Made by a program: the position numbers and the translations under genes
Notes under the pieces: generated by a model
Told to the model about the DNA's origin: nothing
The model's input: only the letters and a program-made list of their open reading frames with translations
Databases searched by the model: none
Assembly (NCBI GenBank): GCA_000004985.1
Contig: GG738845.1
From: Naegleria gruberi
Taxonomy: Eukaryota
Direction: 5' to 3' (one strand)
DNA length: 64,000 nt
Part shown: in pieces, positions 1 to 10,602 of the stretch
Position numbering within the stretch: position 1 is the stretch's first letter
How the letters are laid out: every line of letters begins with the position of its first letter

Positions 1-462
1 CCAGATGTTTTGTACCTATTTGAGTGTATCCTTAATTCTCTAAAGATCATCACAGACTCTAAGAATTGCACTCTTTCCAAATCAATTTATACCTCATGTT
101 TTAAACAACTGTTCTCGTACTATAGTTCGAGGGATCATTTATTACAATCGAGAAATTCTACAATTGAACCAATCAAGCCCCTTATTTCTATTCACTTTAT
201 AGAATGCGTAAAATCGTATTTGGATAATTATTTCTCTTCACTTTCAATAGATTGGACAAAATTGTCAAACAAGGAACTAGGATTGGGAGCCTATTGCTTA
301 TTCTACAACCTTCCTTACCTTCACCTCTTGAAAGATTGTATCAAACAAAATCAAAAAGTCATGAACAGAGAGGCCCTTATTATTTACCTTCTTTCAATCC
401 TTTCTCATTCCTCCATCACTCTCCCACACATTGAAAATATTATTTCATACTTGTCATCATAA
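1..462 (+). CDS. 3' end of an unidentified protein-coding gene; the reading frame is open to the window edge, so the 5' part lies upstream
   Basis: ORF 10..462 continues in frame to nt 1 (cca gat gtt...). Eukaryote-like codon usage. No recognisable domain. Confidence 0.4.
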   Translation, partial: PDVLYLFECILNSLKIITDSKNCTLSKSIYTSCFKQLFSYYSSRDHLLQSRNSTIEPIKPLISIHFIECVKSYLDNYFSSLSIDWTKLSNKELGLGAYCLFYNLPYLHLLKDCIKQNQKVMNREALIIYLLSILSHSSITLPHIENIISYLSS

Positions 463-936
463 TGTTTATTTTGTTGCTAAGGAGGAATAAATAGTACTAG
501 AAATTAATATAAGAATAACTTTAATGATTCAGATAGAATGTTAATTGCTTTTTTTCAATTAGTCACCTTTTTATAACATCCTTTTTACCAAAATCATACT
601 AAAACAAATATGAAAATGTTGGATTCTTTTAAGGACATGGAGATGCAGGGTGTCACCAACACTGTAACAGTTTGCAAAATAAATCATCTTAAAAAAACTG
701 TTCGTTTCAAAAAGACCTCTCAATTTCTTCTACAATCCGATTAACCTCAATAACACAATAAAACAACAACAGAAAGTAATCTTTAATAGTATATTAAATC
801 AACACAAGAAGGAATAGTTTCAACAGGCATTGGCAATATAGAAATAGTTACTCTCAAAAACACAAAAGGAATCAAATTACTTATCAAAATATCATCATCA
901 ATTAATTAAGCAAAAGCTCATCAAATAATACAAAAT

Positions 937-1158
937 ATGGAAACTCAACAAATGACTCCTGAGGTTTACCTCTCACTCTCAAGAAGAAGATGCTCCACAG
1001 TACATGCTCTTCCACAAGATCCACAATTAGGTGAAGCTATGTTTACCTCATTCACATTTCCTCCAAGAAAACCAGGTCATGATGTGGTTGATGAGGTCTT
1101 AGAGGAGATGGAAGAGATGAATCTCAATGAAGAAGAACAAGACTCGACGGATCAATAA
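937..1158 (+). CDS. small acidic protein (73 aa), function unknown
   Basis: ATG-initiated ORF with GC-richer, C/G-ending codons in an otherwise AT-rich intergenic region. Acidic C-terminus (EEMEEMNLNEEEQD). No family recognised. Confidence 0.25.
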   Translation: METQQMTPEVYLSLSRRRCSTVHALPQDPQLGEAMFTSFTFPPRKPGHDVVDEVLEEMEEMNLNEEEQDSTDQ

Positions 1159-1518
1159 GTTTTGTTCCATCATTTAAGAAGTGATAATCATCACCACTAT
1201 ATTTATCATCAATGTAAACGAGGTAAAATATGTACAAAGACTTTCTCAAGCAAAAAGAAAACAAGAGTTTCTTGTTATCAGAATTGGGTTTAAAAACCCT
1301 TGTCAAAATATTTCGTTTATGCCTTCCTCATCCTTGATTCAATCCCTAGTACTTTAACTTAATTTATTATTACTCTTTATATATTATAATATTAATAAAT
1401 TTATTAATATTTGCTTTCAAAAAGCTCACATTTGCAGTATTCAAACATATTCAAATTTCGTTTTGATTTGAATTTATTGAAATCTAATATCGATTACCCT
1501 AAACTTGACCATAAAAAT

Positions 1519-1530
1519 TTTGGCGCCAAA
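1519..1530. promoter_or_regulatory. palindromic E2F-like element TTTGGCGCCAAA, about 35 bp upstream of the BUB1-like ATG
   Basis: Exact 12-bp palindrome. Matches the E2F/DP consensus TTTSSCGC on both strands. The same motif recurs upstream of other genes in this window. Confidence 0.4.
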
Positions 1531-1564
1531 AAAGTTGTTAAAATGAAAATTTAAAATAAAAAAA

Positions 1565-4099
1565 ATGAGTTCTCAACTGCACTTGAAACGTCAACAAAAA
1601 CAAATTCAAGATGCAATCGATAAATACTACTCTGGAATATCTAATGACAATGCTATGGATATAAAAAAGGATACACAATTATTATCTGGTCTTGTTGGAT
1701 ATCTTTCCGGATTTCAAGAGAGTGATTTGGCCTTTGAAACAAGAGGTGATGTCATTGAGAGATTTTTCGAAAAGTATTATAACAGTTTTATGAATGGTGG
1801 TAATTATCCACCTGAATTATATTCCGATAAAACAATTTGGGATTTGTGGCTTTTATATGCAGAGGCTCATACCAATGATCCTATTCCACACATTCAAACT
1901 CTACTTGAATTTGCTCCTAAATATCCAAAGTTATTTGAGGTCTGGGCCACTTGGTCGAGAAGAACAGGACGTATTGATGATGAATTAACAGCATATGAGG
2001 AGGCTGAAACGAGAGGTGTTGTATCCGAATTGTTATCGAGCATGAAACAAGACAGATCCGAATATTTCCAACCTCCACCATCACAACAACAAACAATTCC
2101 TGAACCTAAGATTAAAACCACCACCACCGTAACTAATACTGTAATCAAACAACCTGTTGCACATCAATCTGTGGAAACATTGGTTAACAATCCAAGACCA
2201 CCTTCACCAACCCCACAAAATTATTTGATTGGATATGACAAGAATCTAATCTTTACTCCAGGTGCAGAGTTTACTTTTGAGGAATTGAGAGCAATGCACT
2301 ATTTAAATACCACTGATTTAATGATTAATCACAAACAAACAATACCTAGTTCATCATCAATTTCACACAACCAATCTTTAATTGAACAACCTAAGCATCA
2401 TGATTCCTCTATTCTTATGAATAAGAATTTTGAAAAACCATCAAGCAAACCTCAACAAAAAGACGACGACTTTGAATTTGATTTTTCAAGTGATATTACC
2501 ACAGTACATGCAAGAAAATCAATGGCTGCAACTCCTACTTCTTACGCTCAACATACTATTGCCAGCTTTTTTGAGGGAACCATTGATACTGAAATTGAAA
2601 ACAATTACTTTGAACAACGAAAGTTCCGTAAAGTGCAAGAACAAGAGAAAAAGAGAAAACTTGATGAAATTTCACAATCAACAAATAATAATTTTGCCAT
2701 ACATGAAGATACAACAGCTGAAATTAAGAAATCTAGGCTGACAGCTCAACCATCCAGTAGTACCTTTAAAATACCATCTCAGACATCTTCTGGCTTTCAA
2801 AATACAAGTCTTCAACAAGAACGTTCATTCTCTCAAAGAAATAGATCCCTAAGTGCATTCCATCAGTTTAATGATACAGGAGATGAATCAGGTCTCTATT
2901 TTGGAGATGAATCTAACATTTCAAAAACTTTCATTGTTGATAGACAGCAAGAAAGTGCGATATCATTGGAAGGAATATCAGCCCTTATTTCAAAATACAC
3001 AAATAATGGAGTAATCAATCCGTACATGGAAGATATACGAAAAGTGTATACTAATATTGTTAACATAACTAATTGCTTTAAAGACAGTCGTATTACTGAC
3101 TGTAAAGGAGTTGAATCTATAGATTTAAAAACTATTCTGCTGGAGCTAAGTAAAAAGAAGAAAGGTATCGACTATAATACTCAAACATTAAGCTTGAAGT
3201 TGAGTACAAAGACATACCTTGCCGAAGAAGCACTATCTGAACATGTGATCAAAATACAGGATGTAAGAAGTAACAATGGAATTAATACCAAATCATTTGC
3301 CTTGAAATTTAAGCCACCAAATGATTTCTATGAGTACTATGTGATCGATCAGCTGTATAGAAGAATACCAGAGAAGGAAAATCATAGATTCCCAAATATT
3401 CAAAGAGTTTATGTTATGGATAATGATATTCTATTGATGGAAAACCTTGTAAATAACATTACTCTCACACAGGCAATATCACAAGCAAAAATTGAGGAAA
3501 CAATTGCTTTGTACTATACTTTAGAACTTCTCAATATTTTGCAAACTCTGCATAATAAGGCAAACATTACACACAATAATATTTCTCCATCTAATTTATT
3601 GCTTTTAAATGAAGATACTGATCTATCTGATTGGAGTATAGATGGAAAGGGTTGGAGTAATAAGGGTCTACTGCTCACCAACTTTTCCAGGTCTATTGAT
3701 TTAGAACTATTTCCAAACCGTGTTGTTTTCCAAAGTGAACCCAAAACATTACCAGAAGTTTTCAAATCATCAATACAATATCCAAACAAGTGGAAATATG
3801 CATCAGATACTTGGAGTGTTTGTAACATCATCCACCAAATGCTTTTTAAGAAGGACATGGAGGTAACAACGAACGCTCAAGACAAGTATCTAATTAAGGA
3901 ATCCATAAGGAGATTCTGGAAATTTAGAGATGTTTGGCAAACCATTTTCGATACTTTACTAAATCTTGACCAGACAAAGAGTCCAGATTATTACCAATTA
4001 ATAGAAATGTGTCAACAGGCGTTAGGAACAAATGGAGACACAGTTAAAGCTCTTTTCTTGAGATTCATTGTCTCACTTTCTACTCAATTAAAACACTAA
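1565..4099 (+). CDS. BUB1/MAD3 (BubR1)-like spindle-checkpoint protein with a degenerate C-terminal kinase domain
   Basis: The N-terminus carries the Mad3/BUB1 homology TPR-like region (IWDLWLLYAEAHTNDPIP...LFEVWATWSRRTGRIDDELTAYEEAETRG). The C-terminal kinase-like fold has HRD replaced by THNNISPSN and no canonical DFG (LTNFSRSIDL). KEN at EKENHRF. E2F-like site 35 bp upstream. Confidence 0.6.
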   Translation: MSSQLHLKRQQKQIQDAIDKYYSGISNDNAMDIKKDTQLLSGLVGYLSGFQESDLAFETRGDVIERFFEKYYNSFMNGGNYPPELYSDKTIWDLWLLYAEAHTNDPIPHIQTLLEFAPKYPKLFEVWATWSRRTGRIDDELTAYEEAETRGVVSELLSSMKQDRSEYFQPPPSQQQTIPEPKIKTTTTVTNTVIKQPVAHQSVETLVNNPRPPSPTPQNYLIGYDKNLIFTPGAEFTFEELRAMHYLNTTDLMINHKQTIPSSSSISHNQSLIEQPKHHDSSILMNKNFEKPSSKPQQKDDDFEFDFSSDITTVHARKSMAATPTSYAQHTIASFFEGTIDTEIENNYFEQRKFRKVQEQEKKRKLDEISQSTNNNFAIHEDTTAEIKKSRLTAQPSSSTFKIPSQTSSGFQNTSLQQERSFSQRNRSLSAFHQFNDTGDESGLYFGDESNISKTFIVDRQQESAISLEGISALISKYTNNGVINPYMEDIRKVYTNIVNITNCFKDSRITDCKGVESIDLKTILLELSKKKKGIDYNTQTLSLKLSTKTYLAEEALSEHVIKIQDVRSNNGINTKSFALKFKPPNDFYEYYVIDQLYRRIPEKENHRFPNIQRVYVMDNDILLMENLVNNITLTQAISQAKIEETIALYYTLELLNILQTLHNKANITHNNISPSNLLLLNEDTDLSDWSIDGKGWSNKGLLLTNFSRSIDLELFPNRVVFQSEPKTLPEVFKSSIQYPNKWKYASDTWSVCNIIHQMLFKKDMEVTTNAQDKYLIKESIRRFWKFRDVWQTIFDTLLNLDQTKSPDYYQLIEMCQQALGTNGDTVKALFLRFIVSLSTQLKH

Positions 4100-4254
4100 T
4101 GTACAAATTAACTTAATTTATTAAAATATAAAGTTATCTAAACTTTTTTACCTTCCTTTAGCTGTTGTTAGTATTTAATTTGTGCAGATTATTAACTGAA
4201 AAGTTTGCCAATCTGATATTCTAAACACGGTTGATTTTCACCCACTTTTCTAGC

Positions 4255-5499
4255 TCAATTGAATATTTCCCAAATACCTCTTAAAGTCTTGTGATGAACA
4301 GCATAGGGTATTTCTAATCCTCCTCTCAATAATTTGAGTACATCAATTCCCATCATCATACCCACCATTCCTGAAATTTCTCCCAAAAGACCTTCAATGC
4401 TAGAGGTTAACACTTCTGTAATTCTGTTCTCATTGAGAGAGGAGTAAGCAAACGAAATGACAACTACATCTTTTTCAACCTCAGTCAATTTGACGATAGA
4501 GAGTTTTGATTCCCACCGAACTGAAACAAGAGACGGATCTTCAATTGTTGGCTTCAATCGAGTAGTGACATATTTTGTAAGGACGAAATAATTATCAACC
4601 TTGGAGATTGCAAAATTTGTTTCTGCAAACACTGGTGGGACTGTACCAGGTTCGTGGAAAGAAACTTGCAACCCGAATCTAGCATCTCGTTCCACTGGAG
4701 CTAGTGGTACTCTAAAGAATAAACTAATGGTGCCTCCATAACCAGTTGCATTGGCTGCCAATAGGTTCTGAGTATCATTATTAAATACTACAATTTCCAA
4801 AATGAAAATAATGGTTAGCTTTTCATTGATTCAACCAAACCTACCGTAACAAGTAAAATATTGGCCATTTTGTTCAATCTCTGTTATGGTGTGAGGAAGT
4901 TCAAACTGCTCAATAGTTCCATACTCTTGATTGACTGTTGTTGAATACATTAGTGTAAGATTACAATAATCACAATCCAAAGCAGCATTCCAATTACAAA
5001 CCGTAATAGCAGGATAGTAGAGAGGTAAAGACTCCACATACGCCAATGAGGTTGTTGGATTACCCAAAGAAGTGACATAATTACTAATGGAATTACTGAT
5101 ATACCAAGCTACAAACACAATGACCATAATCCATGCCACAAATGTAATGGCTTCTCCTATTGTAAAATTGAATCTTAATCTTCCTTTTTTTGCCTTTACA
5201 ACCACCAGATCTTCATCCTTTTCCATCTCTACTGGTTTCTTATCATTCTGTAAAGGTATGTGAATAGGAGAAGCATTCTCTTTAAATTCACCACTCGAAT
5301 CAGCTAATTGCAATCCAGAAACTATTGAAATAGAGAGTGGTATTTGTGTTTTCGTCTCATATTCCGATAAGCTCTGTTGCTTAATCAATGGTGACTCACT
5401 ATTTACACTACTAGCTGTTGAAAATTCCCTACTATTTTGTCTTCCGTTTATTGTTGATGATGAGAGAGTGGAGAGATTCCCCCTACTTTGTTCATTCAT
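4255..5499 (-). CDS. DEG/ENaC (degenerin / epithelial Na+ channel)-like two-TM channel subunit with a short extracellular domain; 2 exons, about 57-nt intron near 4788..4844
   Basis: ORFs 4831..5499 and 4255..4800 join in frame through GTAGGT...TTGTAG, giving ...FTCY-V-FNNDTQ. TM1 is ITFVAWIMVIVFVAWYI, followed by the family hallmark YYPAITVCNWN (compare FPAVTLCN). There is a Cys-rich ectodomain. The pre-TM2/TM2 segment LLGEISGMVGMMMGIDVLKLL aligns to LLSDIGGQLGLWIGASVL. Confidence 0.5.
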
Positions 5500-5545
5500 T
5501 TTTTTCTGTTTAAAAATGGCTATGATTCAAAAAATTCGTAAAACT

Positions 5546-5557
5546 TTTGGCGGAACA
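5546..5557. promoter_or_regulatory. E2F-like half-site TTTTGGCGGAAC, about 50 bp upstream of the minus-strand gene starting at 5499
   Basis: TTTGGCGG core in the 5' flank. Confidence 0.25.
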
Positions 5558-5702
5558 ACTTTTTGGAAGTTCATCTCTGCAACTCTTAATGTTCCAATGA
5601 TGGATTTTGAATCATTGTGATGTTGAGGATCTTTATTGTAATAACAATGAGATCTAGTGAAAATTTAAACCTAATACAGTTGATTGAGATAATCTTACTA
5701 AT

Positions 5703-6545
5703 TTATACAAGTTTTGAAATGTTTTTGTGTAAATTGTCTTCCGAGAAGGATGAGATGAGAGAACAGTTGAATTCATCATAATTAATAACTCTATTTGTTT
5801 GGCCCATTAACATGAGCAAGTCGCCATTCCTTATAACACTCTCCTTAATGATGGTTTTTCCATCATAGTCATACTTAAGATTTGAATCATTACACAGTAC
5901 TTTCATATGATTGACTCGAGCAAAATCTTGAAGTGAATCAAGGAGAGGACTTAACTCTCTCGAATGTAGATAAAGAGTTCGTTCTCTTTGCAAGATGGTC
6001 AGTAATTCGTCCTTTTGGAGTGCTTTCAGTTCTCCACCATTGAGTAGACGATCCGATAGATCAATTTGTATCAGTTCTCGAGTGGAATTATCTCTCAAAT
6101 CTCTTTGGAAAATGAAATCCAATGGCTTTTTGAAAAGTAAATATTCCACCAATACTTGATTGGAAAACATGGATTCCTTCTCAACACGATAATGAAGAGC
6201 AACAATGTCTCTATCACTCCTACTACTTGTTGGTTGCTTCATTTCTTTCAAATTGGGAGCACAGAATTGTGGCTTTTCCAGTATGATATCATTATCTAAA
6301 CTTGATGTCTTGATGAATCCATATATCTTGGTCTTTCTTCCATCGAGTAAAAGCTCATCCCGTGGCAGCGTTTTATATTCATCCTTTATTTGAGTGAGAA
6401 GTTGATCTACATATCGTGATCGGAAGAGTGAAAAATTTCTTGTTGAGTTATGACGACCATGAAATATTATGGATGACGATGATGATCCATGTAAGATGTT
6501 GTATTTAATAATTAAATTGTTGCTTCCAGTTGTTAGTCTTTTCAT
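5703..6545 (-). CDS. hypothetical protein (280 aa)
   Basis: Long ATG ORF, Ser-rich N-terminus, no recognisable domain. Confidence 0.4.
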   Translation of the reverse strand: MKRLTTGSNNLIIKYNILHGSSSSSIIFHGRHNSTRNFSLFRSRYVDQLLTQIKDEYKTLPRDELLLDGRKTKIYGFIKTSSLDNDIILEKPQFCAPNLKEMKQPTSSRSDRDIVALHYRVEKESMFSNQVLVEYLLFKKPLDFIFQRDLRDNSTRELIQIDLSDRLLNGGELKALQKDELLTILQRERTLYLHSRELSPLLDSLQDFARVNHMKVLCNDSNLKYDYDGKTIIKESVIRNGDLLMLMGQTNRVINYDEFNCSLISSFSEDNLHKNISKLV

Positions 6546-6601
6546 TTTTTTGAATTTGATTTATTTCATTCTAAATATTTTTTAAAACTCAACGATTTGT
6601 A

Positions 6602-6612
6602 TTGGCGCCAAA
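6602..6612. promoter_or_regulatory. E2F-like palindrome TTGGCGCCAAA in the divergent intergenic region
   Basis: Lies about 56 bp upstream of the minus-strand ATG at 6545 and about 155 bp upstream of the F-box gene ATG. Confidence 0.4.
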
Positions 6613-6768
6613 CATGAGTTCAAGTGTTATAGGCAGCAATTTCAACTACATTCATGTTGCAATGGCCAATATAAATTTAAGAAAACCTAATTTAAATATT
6701 GATAATGATTTAGGGGAATGTCCAAATGTTCTTAATGTTCTCTAAGGTTGGAGTTTTTTAAAAAAAAA

Positions 6769-7911
6769 ATGCTTACAAATCTCCCTCAAGAAATTCATCA
6801 CGAAATTTTCACCTATCTAGACTATGTGGGTGAATTGTGTCGATATAAGAAACTCATGATTCCTCGATTTAATCTCTCGGAGTGGACAAGAGAGGAATTT
6901 GAGAGTAAAATTATGGATTCTAATGATGAAATTTGCACCGATCAACTCGATGTTAACTTTGATAAGAAACCACTCTTTTTAACTTGTAAGGCATTCTACC
7001 ATTCCGTACAGAGTTTTAAACCACTCTCTTTACATTTTAAAATTTTAGGAAGAAGTCAGAGTCCAAAACATGAATTTGATTTTTATAAATCGTTTTTGAT
7101 ATCTTTGTTTTCAAGTCATGATGATAAGAAACCTAAGAAGACTAATAGAGGTGATTATTCAGAGATGATATATGAATTTATTCAGAATATTGAAAAATTC
7201 ACAAATTCATCTTTTACCTTTGAAAATGTTGAACATGTAGAATTTTGGAGCAGTGAATTGAAATTCTTTTCAAATTGCGATTTAAGCAAATTGATTTTGA
7301 GTAATTTTTACAATGTAAAAGTTGTAAATGTTAACTTTAGCGGAAATTACAGTAAAACTTTGCATTTTAGAGTTATAGAATGTCAAAGATTGAACAAATC
7401 ATTTGTTGGACCTAAAATACACTCTAATTTCAATAGTACAAGAATTAATGTGGACGATTTAGATAGAATCTTCTCTCCAGGCTATATTTTGAATATAGAG
7501 GCGTACTTATTGAGTGCTATTGAAACAAACTTTCAAATAGTATTCGATTACATATTGAGTAGATATAGGATTGACATTGAATATTTCATTTATCTGTGTA
7601 ATGTACAACCGAATTTTCTGTTTGGTGAAGACAAGAGTTTAGAATCAGTTTTGCAAATGCTACAAAAACTTCATAACAAGTATCCAAAATTTAAATTGTT
7701 TCACTTGCCAATTTATTCAGTGAATTATTTCAAATTGCTTCCAAGGTATTCATTTGTGGATTTGGATTTATCAAGAAATTTATCATTGAAGTTTGTTAAA
7801 ACAATTTGGAGCAACCCTCAATTGAAAGAAATGACCATTACAAGGAGTGGAAATGACCTTTCGGATTGGGGAGAGTTAATTAATTCGCTAGAATTCAATC
7901 GTGGTTGTTGA
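6769..7911 (+). CDS. F-box domain protein
   Basis: N-terminal F-box motif LTNLPQEIHHEIFTYLDYVGELCRYKKL. The ORF track starts at an in-frame TTG (6748). The first ATG is at about 6769. Confidence 0.5.
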   Translation: MLTNLPQEIHHEIFTYLDYVGELCRYKKLMIPRFNLSEWTREEFESKIMDSNDEICTDQLDVNFDKKPLFLTCKAFYHSVQSFKPLSLHFKILGRSQSPKHEFDFYKSFLISLFSSHDDKKPKKTNRGDYSEMIYEFIQNIEKFTNSSFTFENVEHVEFWSSELKFFSNCDLSKLILSNFYNVKVVNVNFSGNYSKTLHFRVIECQRLNKSFVGPKIHSNFNSTRINVDDLDRIFSPGYILNIEAYLLSAIETNFQIVFDYILSRYRIDIEYFIYLCNVQPNFLFGEDKSLESVLQMLQKLHNKYPKFKLFHLPIYSVNYFKLLPRYSFVDLDLSRNLSLKFVKTIWSNPQLKEMTITRSGNDLSDWGELINSLEFNRGC

Positions 7912-8047
7912 AACTTGGTTTGTTATTAAATAAACGTTTCAGAGATTTTCATTTCCCTTTTCTTCCATGTCACATTTTACTTCTTTCCCGCGTTAAAAAT
8001 CATCTCTCCTTTCTTTATAATAACATGCTTAGAGGTCATCAATAGAT

Positions 8048-8138
8048 GGTGAGTTGGTCGAGTGGTCTAAGACGACACGTTAAGGTATGATTAATACCGT
8101 GTTCCGCAAGGGCGTGGGTTCAAATCCCACACTCATCA
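8048..8138 (+). tRNA. tRNA-Leu (anticodon AAG), type II, with an 11-nt intron 3' of position 37
   Basis: Acceptor stem GGTGAGT/ACTCATC with a G2:U wobble, then discriminator A. D-arm GTCG..CGAC. Anticodon stem ACACG/CGTGT, loop TTAAGG[tatgattaata]C. Long variable arm. T-arm GTGGG TTCAAAT CCCAC. Internal A and B boxes present. Confidence 0.8.
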
Positions 8139-8607
8139 AATTTTGTGACCATCAATTGTGAGAAACTTTAAATACTGATCGATAACACTCTCAGATATCT
8201 CTAAAGTGGTATCGATAGTCATTTCAAATTTATTTATCCATTAAATGATTATAAATTAATTTTATTATTAATTATCAAATTATTTATTGATAATTTAAAT
8301 GGATTAAAATCATTAATTGAATTAAATATTTCACATTTTGATTTTAACATCTTAAATTCTAATAGTATATTAAATAATTCTTGTGCTTTAACTAGTATAC
8401 AAAAACAACACATTATCCCTAGCATTATCCACCCGATTATAAATTATATTAAGATAATATAAAACCAAATAAATCATTTACAAAAGCACATTATATGTAT
8501 TCATTATCTATTGCAATGATTCAATATATTAATATTTTCATCCAATTAGTTTGTAAAAAATCCAAGTTACTAAAAGAGTTAATTGTAAACAAAGTGGATA
8601 GAAAAAA

Positions 8608-10152
8608 ATGGCGACAAGGCAACCACAGCCCTCATCACATCAACCCCTGAATAATATTTCGCTGTCGTTTTTTGATATTTTGGCAGTTGTAGGTGTGATA
8701 TATATCGTGTTCCGAGTCTTACGTTGGTTATTGAAGAGTTACATCATGAGTGGCGTTGATAAAAAGTTAAATCACGACTCTTCTGTTCAGAAGAGAATGA
8801 TGAAGGAATATGCAAGTGGCGTGCTACCAACCTTGTCAAAATTTGAATTTATTACCACTGATGAGAATATTAGAGATGATGATGAAGATGCTCCTCTCTA
8901 TAAATTCCCTTTGAAAAAGATTGTTATTAGTGATCAATCTAAAATTGTTGATGGTATTGAAGTTGAGTACATGTGCAAGATGAGCGCACCAAATTTCAAG
9001 AGTGATGACGCAAGAAACTTTCACAATTACACTCCATCATGTAACATTTTCAATTCGCAATCAATTGAAAAAGACGAAAAATTGAGTAGTGTGGAGGAAA
9101 TTTATGTCTTTGTGCCTGGAAACCCTGGAAATTGCCTCATCTATCACGAGTTCTTGGAACGTTTATGTGAAAGATTAGACAATCAGGAAGAAGAAAAAAA
9201 CAGATTGGTAATTGCTGTTAGTTTGAGAGGTCATTCCTATTACTATCCTTCCCAATTTTGGCAAGGTTTGACCTTGTTTAAATCCAACTCTTCCTCCTCC
9301 TCATTATACCATTCGTTAGAGGCATACAATTTAAATGATCAGGTCGATTATTTTACATTAATTGTGCAAAAGTTGCATAGACAATTTCCAAATGCCAAAC
9401 TTATCTTACAGGGCCACTCCGTTGGGTGTTTTTTGATTTCCAAAGTTATGGAGCGATTGAATGTTTGCAAAAAGAAATCTCACCACCCAATAGTTCAGCC
9501 TCTTACACAAACAATTGTAGATAATGCAGTTGACAAATTAATATTCTTTTATCCGACTGTTCAAAACATGCACAGTGAAACTCCTAATGGACAATCTTTG
9601 CTTCAGTATGCAATCAAAGCTCCTCTTAGAGTTTATCTTGCCAATTTACTCTACAATTTAGCTTCACCAATTCTTCCAACATTTGTGATTAGATTGTCAA
9701 GAAGATCGTCACCAATTCTTGTTCCATGGATTCCTTACTATGTTGATAGTATGAGAATTATTAAGAATGTTACAACCTTAGCTAGTCATGAGTTTGAAGA
9801 AATTTTGGATTCTTTTGGAAATGATTCATCTCAAAATACTTTCAAAGATGCTATGAGAGATCACAAAGATAAGTTGAGGGTTATCTTCTCTACGGCTGAT
9901 CTTTGGGTTCCAAGAAAACACGTTCTCTCATTCTTAGATCATGTATTTGATGTAAACTCATATGAAGGAAAAACCATCCTTGAATTGGAAAACTCAACAG
10001 TTGTGGACGAACAAGAATTTTGTAAGATTCTTGACAAGGCATGTTTGAATGTTGGAATATCAAATCAAGTAACATTTAGCCACACAACGCAACATGCCTT
10101 TGTTATCCATCAAGATAATTTGGAAATCACTAGTAAATTGCCTCTAAGATAG
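8608..10152 (+). CDS. alpha/beta-hydrolase, lipid-droplet-associated hydrolase (LDAH/DUF2305)-like, with an N-terminal TM segment
   Basis: VFVPGNPGN motif and nucleophile elbow GHSVG (LILQGHSVGCFL), as in the LDAH family. N-terminal hydrophobic helix FFDILAVVGVIYIVFRVL. Confidence 0.5.
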   Translation: MATRQPQPSSHQPLNNISLSFFDILAVVGVIYIVFRVLRWLLKSYIMSGVDKKLNHDSSVQKRMMKEYASGVLPTLSKFEFITTDENIRDDDEDAPLYKFPLKKIVISDQSKIVDGIEVEYMCKMSAPNFKSDDARNFHNYTPSCNIFNSQSIEKDEKLSSVEEIYVFVPGNPGNCLIYHEFLERLCERLDNQEEEKNRLVIAVSLRGHSYYYPSQFWQGLTLFKSNSSSSSLYHSLEAYNLNDQVDYFTLIVQKLHRQFPNAKLILQGHSVGCFLISKVMERLNVCKKKSHHPIVQPLTQTIVDNAVDKLIFFYPTVQNMHSETPNGQSLLQYAIKAPLRVYLANLLYNLASPILPTFVIRLSRRSSPILVPWIPYYVDSMRIIKNVTTLASHEFEEILDSFGNDSSQNTFKDAMRDHKDKLRVIFSTADLWVPRKHVLSFLDHVFDVNSYEGKTILELENSTVVDEQEFCKILDKACLNVGISNQVTFSHTTQHAFVIHQDNLEITSKLPLR

Positions 10153-10602
10153 ATCACAACAATTAAGGTATTAATTTATTGGAATTTTCAAATCATATCA
10201 GAAACGAAGTATCGAAATAATTTTAAAATTTTAAAATTCGAAATTATTTTTCGAATCAGTAAAGGTTTATTCACCAGTGTGTGAATCTTTTTATTCTGAT
10301 GTGATTGATATCTACCACCTCTTGACAAGTCGTGGGTTCTTGTTGAAGCATACAAACTATTGGATCCATACCATTGGAGAGGGAAATTGCGCCAATTACT
10401 TTTGTAACGATTCTAAAAAAAATAACTCTTTAACTTGCCATAGTATTTTTTGAAGAAAAAATTCATAGCAAAAGTTTTGCGAGTATTTTTATCTATCACC
10501 ACAACCATCATCGGCACAGCCAATTTGAAAACTTTACAACAACTAAAGTATAATCCTTAAAGGATCTAACACTCGTATAATAGTCTACTACTACTAAATA
10601 CA

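Noticed and set aside
8220-8600. About 400 bp of extremely AT-rich sequence (ATTAA/TTTAA runs) that could be a satellite or transposon remnant
   Set aside because: There is no repeat unit with clear periodicity, no terminal inverted repeats and no target-site duplication. I interpret it as an AT-rich intergenic spacer between the tRNA-Leu and the hydrolase gene.
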